Shown here: piece by piece, positions 22,501 through 33,719 of the stretch
Position numbering within the stretch: the first letter of the stretch is position 1
Layout: each line of letters begins with the position of its first letter
Assembly (NCBI GenBank): GCA_032718475.1
Contig: JAUCBJ010008707.1
Location: 1-43,608 of the forward strand
Length of the DNA stretch: 43,608 nucleotides
Direction: 5' to 3'
Source of the DNA: Nemertoderma westbladi
Lineage: Eukaryota; Animalia; Xenacoelomorpha
Made by a program: the position numbers and the translations under genes
The notes under the pieces: model-generated
Database searches by the model: none
What the model saw: only the letters and a program-made list of their open reading frames with translations
Told to the model about the DNA's origin: nothing

Positions 22501-23486
22501 ATAAGGTAAGTGAGAAACCCGCTTCTAGGAGAAGAGTAACACCGGTGTGTTACACTGACGACGGCGAAAGCCAAGCTTCTCAAGAAGAGGACAGCGGGAA
22601 AGACACAGATCGATCTTACTATGTTGACAAAACCTCAAAAGACGTAAGTAAATACAAGGCTCGAAACAACGATAGGAGAGAACAGGTTGCCAAGACCCCT
22701 CCTCAGTCTCCTAACAGAATGCACCGAAGAAAACCCGAAGAAAAAACGAGAGTGCATCAAGTTACCCAAGGTAAAGTGAGTAACATAAAACCTAACTGTG
22801 CGCTGTGCGACGGGACCCACCGTTTGAGTGCGTGTGCTGAATTTCTAAAAAAATCCCTTGTAGACAGACGTGCAGTCGTATGGGATAAGCGGTTATGCTA
22901 TAATTGCCTCAGACCAGGACACCAACGGCGAACCTGTTACTCCGACATAAAGTGTGCAAAGTGTGGCGCGAAACATCACATCTTGTTACACAGTGAGTTC
23001 GAACGAGACAAACTGAGTCAGGTAAGTGAGCCCGAACTACATGTCCAATTCAGTGATGTAAACGACACTGATCAAGAATCTGAGATGGAAGGATTCTATA
23101 CTGACGAATTCTCCGACGCCAACGAATCCTGTTATCTAATCAATACCGCAGTGTATCGAGCACTTACTTATGAAAAGGACACCAACAATGAGTTTTCCCC
23201 AACTACTTTTGCCAAACAACCATCTTGGAAAGCTCCAACTTCCAACGTAGGAATCAGAGAATTTCCTGTAGTGCAGGTAAGAGTTCACGGTCCTAACCAC
23301 AGTTACATAGTGAACGCACTCATTGACTCCGGCAGCACAGGAACATTCATCGATCAAGAATTAGCCGAAGATATCTTTGCTGGACAACCCAAATTCCGGA
23401 CTAAATATGTCAGGAATTATGCAGGTTTGGAAATCTACCTTAATGGCAGATTACTATGTAGGTGTGTTGTCCACCCCCCAGGATAA
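19593..23486 (+). CDS. gag: BEL/Pao Gag plus start of the aspartic protease (5' part of the gag-pol polyprotein)
   Basis: Capsid-like FNGDEMKWLPF...LSNGEKLRFLIKCLEG...LNIRYG. Triple knuckle CALCDGTHRLSAC / CYNCLRPGHQRRTC / CAKCGAKHHILLH. Protease active site ALIDSGS. Frameshift near 23395. Confidence 0.93.
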   Translation: MSDTQQNLSDSLIDTTICDTDRSVERLRKEFSSPPTERKVIPPVEVSDPKLIQHRRSIIGTRAQVKRNQEAAVPQQQQPSQETCSQRSDSSSSSDTVELAPERGLQMTATAYSDPLLTLPAAVLTTILIAVEEHQADWARSKRATQDNYAGYAREELMSIVESQWNFPGPGLPLDLSEATWEDIYRMGVTKDTMDPAVWKRSAAGYVQGFFGSLERLEERLFRQPQGPQEQEELLYQVCERTLRIRLILSAFEETSKRRQDTSLQVAVKTWFQRVGLKVQETDQWKSQLSERLTYEEPTDATLSQVEGEETAERPRTRDAIDIYLSDYQRFLGDEELRRRLSGLSPNSEGTQRVLDSIDAEMLAANQAEFDEKLRLTRVQEELVKKKRIEDRKAAAVTAAMAEVEAERKAAAVTAAAEAEAERKAAAAEAEAERKATVAAAKAVAEAEQRASEETTQLELENLQETQDCINKQLTASQMQMRSRSTPKRQGYTSSEESETTDPEGGGNRSHLSRRRKTSHRHKLPDLPPAVRRQLASPDLGSIEPTDQIIKVKRLPTIVDEPEIIRPVVPKATPVLETPVLPELNSKFPLHSTTLPVPGRTVHENIPVLEAEREIKDLSPVVPCQPATMLATPASAVEWVEEGRRGMNLLLGQMQETVYQLKGTVREGRAELQEVQQSIALERDKLVNMQKGIPIPPVKLCQPVRSEVLHAQGVEPTCIYSASEEETPIANPIKGDYRPVINDIPYRPDNDPRNLYTNNSILNNPMAQESFTRQMARTEARQAVKVGEIVKFNGDEMKWLPFNEYYKDSIQNSVLSNGEKLRFLIKCLEGPPRLMALKFIGHPEGLRQVWDTLNIRYGNKDNIAKYLYAKLVAPRHFLSSGIIEFSDEIQEICRQLDWLGKSHESQSSMVIGAVVSTLPKGGVCTRWDKKVLYMNEQQRRSPTMADLMSFLDGEVKLQLIKQSREKTSENKVSEKPASRRRVTPVCYTDDGESQASQEEDSGKDTDRSYYVDKTSKDVSKYKARNNDRREQVAKTPPQSPNRMHRRKPEEKTRVHQVTQGKVSNIKPNCALCDGTHRLSACAEFLKKSLVDRRAVVWDKRLCYNCLRPGHQRRTCYSDIKCAKCGAKHHILLHSEFERDKLSQVSEPELHVQFSDVNDTDQESEMEGFYTDEFSDANESCYLINTAVYRALTYEKDTNNEFSPTTFAKQPSWKAPTSNVGIREFPVVQVRVHGPNHSYIVNALIDSGSTGTFIDQELAEDIFAGQPKFRTKYVRNYAGLEIYLNGRLLCRCVVHPPG

Positions 23487-26400
23487 GTTAGGAGCACAAG
23501 GTATAAGGTCGGTAAAAATGGTGGCTATAAAGAACTTCGCTACTACTCAAGCAGACCTTTATAATTGGGACGAGGATGAGAGCATCCAACATCTTAAGAT
23601 ACCTCGATTCCAGACAGATTATCCTGGAGTGCAAATACTCATCGGCCAAAACGCGCATGAGGCGCTCGAAACATTGGAGAAACGGCCTGCTCAACCACAA
23701 CCACTGCAAACCTATGCGGTAAGAACTAGAGTAGGTTGGTACTTTACTGGCCCTTCCCGCAGGACTCTCGCAGAGAGAATGCCACAAGAACAAACATACC
23801 AAGTAAACGATTGGGAAGTGGAGAGCAGTGAGGTGGACGAACTAACTGAGGGAATACCATACTCCTCAGATAATGACGACATCTACCAACTCTTCGATGA
23901 AGAGAACACAATCGACCTATTTACAGAAAACCAAACTTGGAAAAATCAGGTGAACCTATGTCAACTGATTCGCCCATCGGAACCCATCGCTTACAATGAC
24001 GAACTAAACGATGAGATAGAGCGCTACAACGCTAGAACTCGGGACGAACTAGCCGTACGATTCTTTACTCAGGAACTGGTAGAGCCCAATTCATATGATA
24101 AGGCTCTATCGATAGAAGAAGAAAGAGCCAAGCAAATCCAGGAAACAACTACACGTTTTTTAAAGGATCAAGGTAGATATGAAATCGGCCTACCATTTCG
24201 AAAACGAGAACCTAGATTTATAAATAACAGACCCTTGGCAGAGAAAAGAATCGCTCAATTACATCGACGCCTTACAGCTAATGCTTCAGCGAAAGAAATG
24301 TACCAAACTCAGCTGAAGAAATTTATAACAAAGGGATACGCGGAGCGAGTACCGGAAGGAACACCAGTGACTGAGAGAACGTATTACTTAACACATCATT
24401 ACGTTCCCAAACCCGGTAAACCCCACGAAGTATGAGTCGTATTCGATGGCTCCGCCCTATATATGGGCCAATCCCTCAATTCCGAGTTGTTACCAGGACC
24501 CAACTTACTCCAATCTTTGTTGGGAATACTTTTAAGATTAAGACAATATTCCATCGCGTTCGCCTCAGATATAGAGGGAATGTTCTTACAAGTCAAGGCG
24601 CTGGATAGAGATAGAGACAGCCTGAGATTTCTGTGGTGGCCTGAAGGAGACCTCAATCAGAAACCGGTAGAGTACTGGATGACCATCCAGGCTTTTGGAA
24701 TCATATCAAGCCCTTCCAACGCCTGCTCCGTGGTGCGAACCACTGCGAATGACAACCGAGACTCCTTCTCAAAAGAAGTGATAGACAACATAAAACGCAA
24801 TATATACATGGACGACAATTTAAGGTCCCTTCCATCAGTAGAAGAAGCCATAGCTGTCGCGAAAGGAACGGTAGAGTGTTTGAAAAGAGGTGGATTTCGA
24901 CTGACGAAATTCACTAGCAACTCCCGTGAGTTTCTGGAAGCCATACCGGTAGAAGACCGAGGAACGAAAGACCTAGACTTAATAAAGGACGATCTTCCTG
25001 AAACCAAGACGCTAGGCTTGAAGTGGGACACTGAAAGAGACATCCTGTTTTTTCAGTTAAAACAGCGAGATAATCCAGTTCGGACCAAACGGATTTGTTT
25101 AAGTATCCTGAGCACTTATTTCGACCCATTGGGATTTATTAGCCCAGTTATATTGATTGCTCGGAGTTTAGTACAACAAATGTGGCTTGAAAACCACTCA
25201 TGGGACGATCCGCTTAAGGGAGAATTGTTAAAGAAATGGATGAAATGGGAAGATTCTCTACCTGCCATCGAGAACTTTATAATTTCCCGTGCATATTTTG
25301 GCCATGTTCTTCCTACGTATTCTTATCAACTCCATGTGTTTGGAGACGCCAGCGACATGGGAATAGGTATAGTAGCATATCTGCGAGTCGAAACCCCGGA
25401 TGGAATCAAAGTCGCCTTGGTTACCTCTAAGGCATTGATTAACAACAAGTTAAAGGTTCCTCGAGCGGAGTTAAAGGCGGCTTTATACGCTACAGCCATC
25501 GGCCGGAACGTAACGGAACAAATCGACTATCCACTGGAGAAAACGGTTTATTGGACCGACGCTTTACTCGTGTTGGAGTATCTAACCAATGAAGTCTGTC
25601 AGTTCAGCGTTTTTGTTACTAACAGAGTAGCTATTATTCTTAGTCGCACAAAGATAGATCAATGGAGACATTGCCCTGGTACGATTAATCCAGCCGATAT
25701 CGCCTCCAGGGGAGCAACTCCACAGGAACTGATAGATACTCCAGATTGGTTGGGTGGACCCGACTTCCTGAGCAAGGAAGAGGATGAATGGCCTCCTCAC
25801 CTTACTACGGCAGAGATTAGACAAGCCAAGGGAGCGGAGACAGTCAAACCTAAAACCCGGGCGAGTAAATCGAAGTTATTTAAACCGACTATCGATCTAT
25901 CTGTATTACATACTTCCGGGAATGATGCTTCGGATCCACAATCCCTTAACACAAATAAGTGTGTTGTGGAAATTAGAGATAGAGATTGGAAATCTGGAAT
26001 ACCAGACGTCTCGCAAGGAATCTCACCCATGCTGCAGAGAGCAATGCATCATTACAGTTCCTGGAATCGGCTCTGTAAAGCCGTCACATATTTAAGACGA
26101 TGTTTTCATCATCACTACTCCAGGATGAAGACCACTAGTGATAACGCTCCATTGACATCTGCACAAGTTCATGTTATTAAAAATTTACCCAAATATAAGA
26201 CATCTGACCGTTTTCTAAAGGAGAAAATTAGTCACCAGGAGCATGAAGAAACCAATAAGCAGATACTGAGACTCCTGCAATGCTATGAGGATTCCGAAAA
26301 GTATTTCCTGTTGTTGAGAAATCCGCAGATGCGCTTAAGGGATCGATTCTCGAGCACAATGATAGATGGGCTAATACGTGTTGGAGGAAGACTCACCAAT

Positions 26401-27690
26401 GCGCCCTTATCCTTTGACACCAAATTCCCCATACTTATTAGAAATCTTGAAGTACAAATCAAGATGATTGGAGATGTTCACAGTAAACTTTATCATGCTG
26501 GTAGAGAACGAATTCTTAGCGAAATTCGAACTCGCTATTATTTTGATAAACCCCGTAGAGCTCTGAACCAAGTTCTTAGGAACTGCATACCCTGTAGGAA
26601 AGCATTCAGTAGGCCTTTAACACAGCGAGAGGCAGAATTACCTAGGGAACGAGTAAGCTTCTATGAACCACCTTTTACTAATACTGGTGTAGATTTATTT
26701 GGCCCTATTGAAGTATATCGTGCTAGGACTATAGTCAAGAGATGGTGTGTCATCTTCGTGTGCATGACTTGTAGAGCCATCCATCTCGATATGGTGAACG
26801 ATCTATCTACCAACAGCTTCGTCTTAAGTTTACGACGACAGATCGCTCGCTTCGGGACGAGTAATACCATGAGATCGGATAAGGGAACGAACTTCATTGG
26901 TGCCAACAACGAAATACAGGCTTACGTGAAGGACTGGAACCAAAGACAGGTGGACGACCAGCTAAGGATAACAGCGTCTAGCTGGACCTTCAATGCCGCC
27001 GACGCCCCTTGGTGGGGAGGAAGTTGGGAGAGATTAATTCGAAGTGTCAAAACCGCATTTCACTTTATAGTGCCATGCCGCGCGTATCTCACCGACGAAC
27101 TTTTGCGGACATTAATGGAGGAAATCGCTGCCTATCTCAACGAGAGACCGCTTATGCCAGTCTCATCGAGTCCCGATTCCCTGGAAGCGCTAACACCCGC
27201 GCACTTCCTACTGAAGAAACCTGTAGCCATGCTCCCACGATCGGAGATTGCCGACGGAGACGAATACTGCCGTCGAACTTGGCAACTTATGCAGTTGCTA
27301 TCCCGTCATTTCGCTGACCATTTCGAGAAACATTATCTGCCCACGCTACAACTTCGAACTAAGTGGTTTGCGCAGCAAGAAAACGTCAGCGCCGGAGATA
27401 TGGTGCTTATTGTAGATCCAGACCTCCCACGTAAACGGTGGCAGACAGGTCGTATCATCGAGACCCACATCTCGGATGATGGTTTAGTACGCTCGGTAGA
27501 ACTCATCGTCATGCGGCGTAACTTCAAGAAGCCAGGCATAATCTTTGAGACGCAACAACTCAATCGCCCAGTTGGTCGTTTATGTTTACTGGAAAGAGAC
27601 AGAGAACTCTCCGGAAACTATGGAAGGCAAGACACTCTTTCCACGACCACCTCCCTAATTCCTCAAACATCTAGGGACTCCCCAACGTGA
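23377..27690 (+). pseudogene. pol: BEL/Pao pol (protease C-terminus, RT, RNase H, integrase) with one in-frame stop at 24433-24435
   Basis: The ORFs 23377-24435 and 24463-27690 share one frame (KPHEV*VVFDGSA; probably CGA to TGA). RT: ASDIEGMFLQV, FGIISSP, YMDD. RNase H: FGDAS, PRAEL, WTDA. Integrase: H..LYH/CIPC, GVDLFGP, SDKGTNF, GGSWERLIRSVK. Confidence 0.95.
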
Positions 27691-27909
27691 TACGTCTGGA
27701 GTGGGTGTGTGACTATATTGTTTTATCTATTTTATTATATTTTTATATGCGAACTTTATTATGTACTTTATTATAATCGTTTTTATTCAATTTTATTTAG
27801 TAGAATGTTGTTTTAGTGATTATTTAGTAAATTAGTGCGATATATTAGTGTTTATTATGTACGTAATTACTTATAATATACATTTAGTGCGACGGCGAGA
27901 AAATAATTA

Positions 27910-28860
27910 TTTTTCTCTTTCCTTACTGTCCGTATTACATTGTAAATACGTGACTACAGTAAGATGAAATGTCCGTACTTATTAAAGTACAATAAAGCCA
28001 CTACTATATTCAAGTATTATTGGTAGGCAGAGTATTAGGAATGCAAAGTTCAGATCCTCGTGTCTCGGCTAAACCAAGCTCTGGGTAGACCTTGGAAACG
28101 ACTTGCCTCTTCACACTGACATTGCTTCGTGCGATATTGCTCTCATACCATATTAAATAATACATATAGTAGCGTGATGTCCCTATAACAGTAGCGTAAA
28201 ACGCAAATAAATCTGTTAAACTTTTTGACCATCTGTAATTCTAGTCGATTAAGATATCGCGGCACCCACAGATATACTTGAAAGACAAATTCTAGAATCA
28301 GTGGTTAACGTCCCCAGACAAGCTCTGGAATAAATCGGTGCCCATCTTAAATATTAATTTAATATTTATAAAAATCTGTAAAATTCAGATCCGTTAACAA
28401 TTCTAGTCGATTAAGATATCGTAGCACGTACCGATACTCTTAAAAGACAAATTTCATAGAATTAAGGATCCTATGTCCCCAGACCTGCTCTGGAATCATA
28501 TTGTGTCAATTTTAACATCAAATAATAAAATTCATGGGAATAAATTTAAATTCATATTTTAAATGAATTTCATAAATTGTCGTTTTTTGTGCAATTTATA
28601 ACATTCCCAAAATTCCATTAATTAATAGATCATGGGAGCGGAGATTCATCCTATTGAGTGTATTAGAGTGCGAGAATCTCCAACATATAGTCAATAGCCG
28701 ATAAAATTAATAAAATCATACATAAAGAAGATATTGACAATTAAAGAATTATTATTAAATAGCATCCCAGATCTGTATGCATGAGAATTACCCTAATTCT
28801 ACCGCTAGCATTCCATAATGTCACCATAGCAACACCCACGCTAGAATTAGAAGCAAGTTA
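27910..28860 (+). other. Conserved structured non-coding region between pol and ORF3 (several stem-loops, tandem 162-bp hairpin/pseudoknot unit)
   Basis: Stems are retained while loops vary between this copy and 36935-37890 (-). See findings. Confidence 0.7.
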
Positions 28861-29320
28861 AAAGAGCAATAGAAAGCTTGTCCCATTGCATAGCATAGAG
28901 AATACATAGCACACTGTTAGTATCCAAAGATACACAGTAATAACGTGACATTCTGGAAGGCACTGACTAACGGACAAATGGCCTGTATGTGTACAATTGG
29001 TGACAGTTGTGTGGAATTTGTGCGTTTGTAGGTGAATGTTACTGCTAAAGTGTGTTTACAGTAGCTAGTCGCAATTGTGAAAGTAACCCTAACTCTACTA
29101 TAGAAAGAACCTAAAGTGGATTCAAGCCTTTGGGACGGACAGTGGAGTGACTTGTGCCGGTTATCATTGTCGTGCTGTTGCTACATGTTGGCGTAAACAC
29201 CGCGACAACGGTACATCGGCGCTGAGAATCCCACTGTCCGGGGGCAAAGAGAGGTAGGCAGCGACGCCCGCTCGCCTAAACATAAACTCATTACAATATT
29301 AATAAACTCAGATAGCAGAT

Positions 29321-30767
29321 ATGACAGAGTTGATAGAAGATGATCTTGGTATCAGGGAGCGATATACTCTACCTTTACAAGCATTTGTGGATAGCTTGAT
29401 ACGCGATGAAGCCGATCCAACCATTACGGAGGACGATGGTCGTTATATCGAACCGCCGATGTCCCAAGAGCAACTTACGCGTGAATTGGACTATCAAAAA
29501 TTCACCGCTCGCTATACGCATCGTAATGGTACGTATATGGACTTCCTAACTACCGGCCATCCTATCGATTTACATAATACGGACGATGTAGACACCGAAA
29601 GGGAAATGGTTCTATTTAAATATCATACCCATCGGAGTCGTAACGATAAACCGAAAATAGATCACGAAAATTCTATTCGTAACAGACTGGGAAGACGAAC
29701 CAATATGCCTAGAATCTGAGGAGATTCAGCCTATTGCGCCCGGAACAGCGACAACGATTACATCCTAGAATGGTATCAAGGTCCACAGTGTCTCACTGCG
29801 TACGATTATCGCCATGCCAACTATGTTTCTCGGCAACGTTGTCGGTTATGCGCATCGAGAGACCATGTTACGCCCATGGACACAAACGTCCGCTGTTCCT
29901 ATTTCCAAGAACAACCGACTATGGAAATTTATTGCGCATATTGCAGACTCAATAACTTGCATATTTTTGCGGTTTGCCCTCAATTTATGACTCAATGGCA
30001 CCATGGTCAACTAAAGGGACGCGCCAGTTTCGATTGCCCTTTTTAATCACGATTTGGAAAGCGTAGATGAAATGATCACACTACGTTACATCAGAGCTTG
30101 GGAAGCAAACGCTGATTTACATTGTGATTCGCGCCATCGTATTATCCTGGACGCGCTTACGAAGAAGTTTATGCGTTCCATCCTTATCTATTCGCTTCTG
30201 TCGAACAGAAATCACGCATATCGAGTTACGAACTACTGAAGCGCGTCGGAGAATGTATTTCAACCAAGTTCGTACGCAAATTCTCAGGAGTGTTAATCCT
30301 AGCGACCTTCATTCCTATAGCTTAATCAATTATATCCGTCAGGACCCGGACTATGGAGACTTATTTGTTAACTCACACCCCGAGTTACAGGAAGTATATC
30401 GACGGCCTTACGAATACCGAGCCCGCGAACGTGAGTTGGAAAGAACCATTAAAACCCGGAGGTTTCTAACTGCCTATGGTCCACCCACGGCCCTCGTTCA
30501 GACCACTCGTAAAGGACCCGTAAGAGCGGCTGTCTTGAAACGAGCTCTCAAAGCCGTTAGACCCCTCTCCCTGACGTTGATGTCAATCAACCCAGTACTT
30601 CGACTGGCGGATACACCGACCATAATCCTACACCCTCTGATGCAATCATATTGCACCCTTCACCCAGGAGTTATAGCCCTCCTTGTAAAGTGGCTCGCCC
30701 CAAAGAGAAAAGGACTCTGGCTAGCTTTAAAAAACTGCGTAAACGCCGTCCGCGCAAGAAAGACTAA
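29321..30767 (+). pseudogene. Decayed accessory ORF3 of the BEL/Pao element (tandem CCHC fingers, basic C-terminus; not env-like)
   Basis: The frame from ATG 29321 continues past TGA 29717-29719 to TAA 30044-30046 and contains CRLCASRDHVTPMDTNVRC and CAYCRLNNLHIFAVCP. Further coding-like pieces lie in shifted frames, ending KKLRKRRPRKKD* at 30767. Confidence 0.65.
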
Positions 30768-30845
30768 CTGTTTAGAGTATTTACGTATATTAGAAACTGT
30801 GATTTTGTATATTTTATAGACTCAAATCCCATTTTCTGGGAGCGG

Positions 30846-32107
30846 TGTAAAAGCTTCTGTGGGATATAACTGTCCCTTTTGCTTCGCAATCCAGTTTCCC
30901 CCCAGGCGCTGGAATACTCTAAAAGGCTCTCTAACTATATATATGTCCCCCTCGCCCGCAAGGTACCGTTATAGGTGTTTTAACGGACATAAAAGTCATT
31001 CTTCTATATACGTGCTTTGGAGGACATGGTAAGGCAAAAAACCCGCAATGCACCAAATACCCTTACACAGCTTAACCTTGATGATTCAGATTGCGACATC
31101 TAACAGCTGGTTGCTGACATGGGAACAGCCATTGGACACGTAGTTCTTTGTTTAGCTTAAGCCAATCAGAGCGATTTTTTCTGTCGATGTGGAGATATTC
31201 GGCCGATCATACTAGGAGTGTTTCAGTCTTACTGTTTTTTGTGATACTGTTGTGTTGTTGCTATTTAGGCCAGGAACACCGGCTCTAGAGTTAATTCGTT
31301 TTCATACTTTAGAAGAGACATTAGTAGGCTTAAGATTATAGAGCGTATAACTGTTATCAGTCCATATCATATATCACATATCATAACTTGTCATATCATA
31401 TCTTAACCTACCGTCTTAATGTTTTACTGTTGTCATATTTTGTATCAGTTGGTTGAATACTATTTGGAGAACATTTATAAAGAACCCAAATTTCCCAATT
31501 TTCTTGATACACTACAGGTTAGAGAGACGGGTTATATATAGCGATTGCGACTTATATTATTGTGGTTTGTAGTGAATTTAATGCTATTTGATAAGCACTA
31601 CATGCGTCCGTTGCTGTTCGCTTTATATATGATAAAATTCATTGACGGTCGGCAAATTAGTGAGCAGTATTGTGTGTTACCGGTAGTGTGCATGATTGTG
31701 GCTGATAACTAAGCATTTCCTAAAGAATGCGCCTCATACGTGAATCATAAGCCTTACCGACTTGCCGTTGTGATTAGTACAAGTCATATCTCTGTTTATT
31801 TAGATAGAGCGCCACGTCCTAAAGGAACTGTTAATATTTCCCGAAAGTGAATAATATTAGTCAGAAATTATTTATTAACGATCAATCGAATAATACAGTA
31901 AGCTTACACTGCAATAATAATCTAAGCCCTCAGAATCCAGTCTCCCGGGTATATCCAGCGGGTGAATGGACGCGCACTAGGCTGGCTTCTGCTAATGTTG
32001 TGTTTATTGGTATTAAATATTTGTCAACTTCTAAAGTCTATTTGTAAACCAAAAGACATATAAATTTTGGCAGGTTAAACTGCTAAAGGTCTTCAAAAGC
32101 GCGTACA
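30846..32107 (+). repeat. 3' LTR (1262 bp, TG...CA)
   Basis: Starts TGTAAAAGC, as the solo LTR does, right after GGGAGCGG, and ends GCGTACA as the 5' LTR does. CCAATCAGAGCG (~31162) and an Inr-like TCAGT (~31223) are shared with the solo LTR. Confidence 0.95.
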
Positions 32108-33433
32108 CATTTGATAAAATGTGTTCACAATTGTACAAATCTGCGTTTTCTGGTGGCCTGAACTGTATATAACCTGGCATATCATTCTTTGCATGCTGCT
32201 TCACAGTAAGCCAATTGAAGGTTGCATGGTGGTGGTGGTGGAACAAATTTTTGTTATAGATAGATAAATACTTACATACCGCATTATAAACTTGAGAGAT
32301 TCAACCAAAGAATTTAAGTATTTAATTTACCGCTGTGCTTTAAGCACGCTGATCGGTAAATTGGATCAATTTAAAAAATTTATATTTATTCAATCATATT
32401 TTTTTGCATTAATTTTATCTGTTTTTTTTATTACAACAATCTTCGAATTAAATTACATGCAGTACCGCTCATGTGATATATTACATTCCATATTTTAAAG
32501 CTAATAACTCTAACTGTCTAAAGTTCTGTCATATATTCGAATAGAAATAAAATTATTAACTAATAATTAAATTTTAAATAATTACCTTTAGTCTCTTTGA
32601 TGGATGGCGGCCCTTTATTATTGGTCCCGATACGGTTGAAAAGCATCACAAGATTGACCTCGATCTTCGCACTGTTCACCTATTGAATGTATGTACCCCA
32701 TGATGTATGTACCCCATGCCGTTATACTGTAAAAATATACAGCAAATAATTGAGACTCAACAAAAATTAATTTAAATTACAGTTATACAATGCAGTATGT
32801 TGTATTACACACCGTTATACAGTACTACTGTATACTTTGCTCCTGAGTTCTGTATGAACCAATATACCACTATTTTTACATCATTCAGTACTTGGGCAGT
32901 TCCAGTATTGCCTGTAATTGGATGACTCATCACAGACACTGGTTCCCATAGTGTGGGAAAGTTTGTCGTTCAGATAATTATTATTTTGAACGGAAAATGT
33001 TTAGTATTGAACAGCTATTGAACTACGGTTATGAAAAACATAGTTTGGACATTTTTTGAACGACAATTTTAAAAATATCTGAACTGAAATTGAACTGGTT
33101 AATTTTTATTTTATAATAAACAATATTGAAACGTTCACAATAGAAAACGGAAATATAACTTGCCATTTACAAATCGTTACTTTTCAGTTTCTGAACTCAA
33201 ATTGAACTGGTTATTGCTTTGGACGCGATTCAAACGTCCAAGAACATTAACGGGAAATTAACTGATACCATTGATGAACGTTACTTTTCAGTTGAAACAC
33301 CAACACCATTTAGGCGTTATTATATGGAGACTAATTTAGAACGTTGAAATCTGGTACAGTATGTGCGACGTTTATGGAGTGGACATGTTCTCAACGTCCA
33401 AAAGCTGTGTGTGAACGTTATGTACTACTAGGG

Positions 33434-33717
33434 ACTGTCCATCCCAAGGGCTTAGATTTACTTCAGGTTCTTGCTACAGAGGTAGGGCTACTTTCACAAC
33501 TGCGACTCGCTACTGTAAACACACTTTAGTAGTAACATTCACCTATAAATGCACAAATTCCACACAATCGTCACAAATTGTACACATTCGGGCCATTTGT
33601 CCGTTAGTCAAGTGCCTTCCAGAATGCCACGTTATTATTATGTATCCCTGGATACTAGCAGTGTGCTATTTATTCCGTATGCTATTCAATGGGGCAAGCT
33701 TTATATTGTTCTTTTAA
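33434..33717 (-). mobile_element. Detached distal fragment of the second BEL/Pao copy (post-pol region)
   Basis: The reverse complement matches about 28858-29143. It is cut on the left by a MITE-like end (...AACGTTATGTACTACTAGGG). Confidence 0.88.
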
Positions 33718-33719
33718 AA

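Larger units (their letters stand above)
17111..32107 (+). mobile_element. BEL/Pao LTR retrotransposon, nearly full length (5' LTR truncated), about 15 kb, with an extra 3' ORF
   Basis: Matching LTR ends, gag-PR-RT-RNaseH-IN domain order with Pao-type motifs, and a purine-rich GGGAGCGG tract just before the 3' LTR. Confidence 0.95.

Noticed and set aside
23377-23486. Programmed gag-pol frameshift
   Set aside because: The shift falls inside the protease after the DSG motif and no clear slippery site is visible. BEL/Pao elements usually have a single ORF, so an indel is more likely.
29717-29719. Selenocysteine or programmed readthrough at in-frame TGA codons (also 24433)
   Set aside because: No SECIS-like ATGA...AA...GA element was identified downstream. 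The pol TGA sits where the conserved Arg of RVVFD is expected, so mutation is the simpler explanation.
30037-30046. C CCT TTT heptamer before a stop as a -1 frameshift signal in ORF3
   Set aside because: The -1 frame closes within about 8 codons. The open continuation is in the +1 frame, which fits a homopolymer indel.
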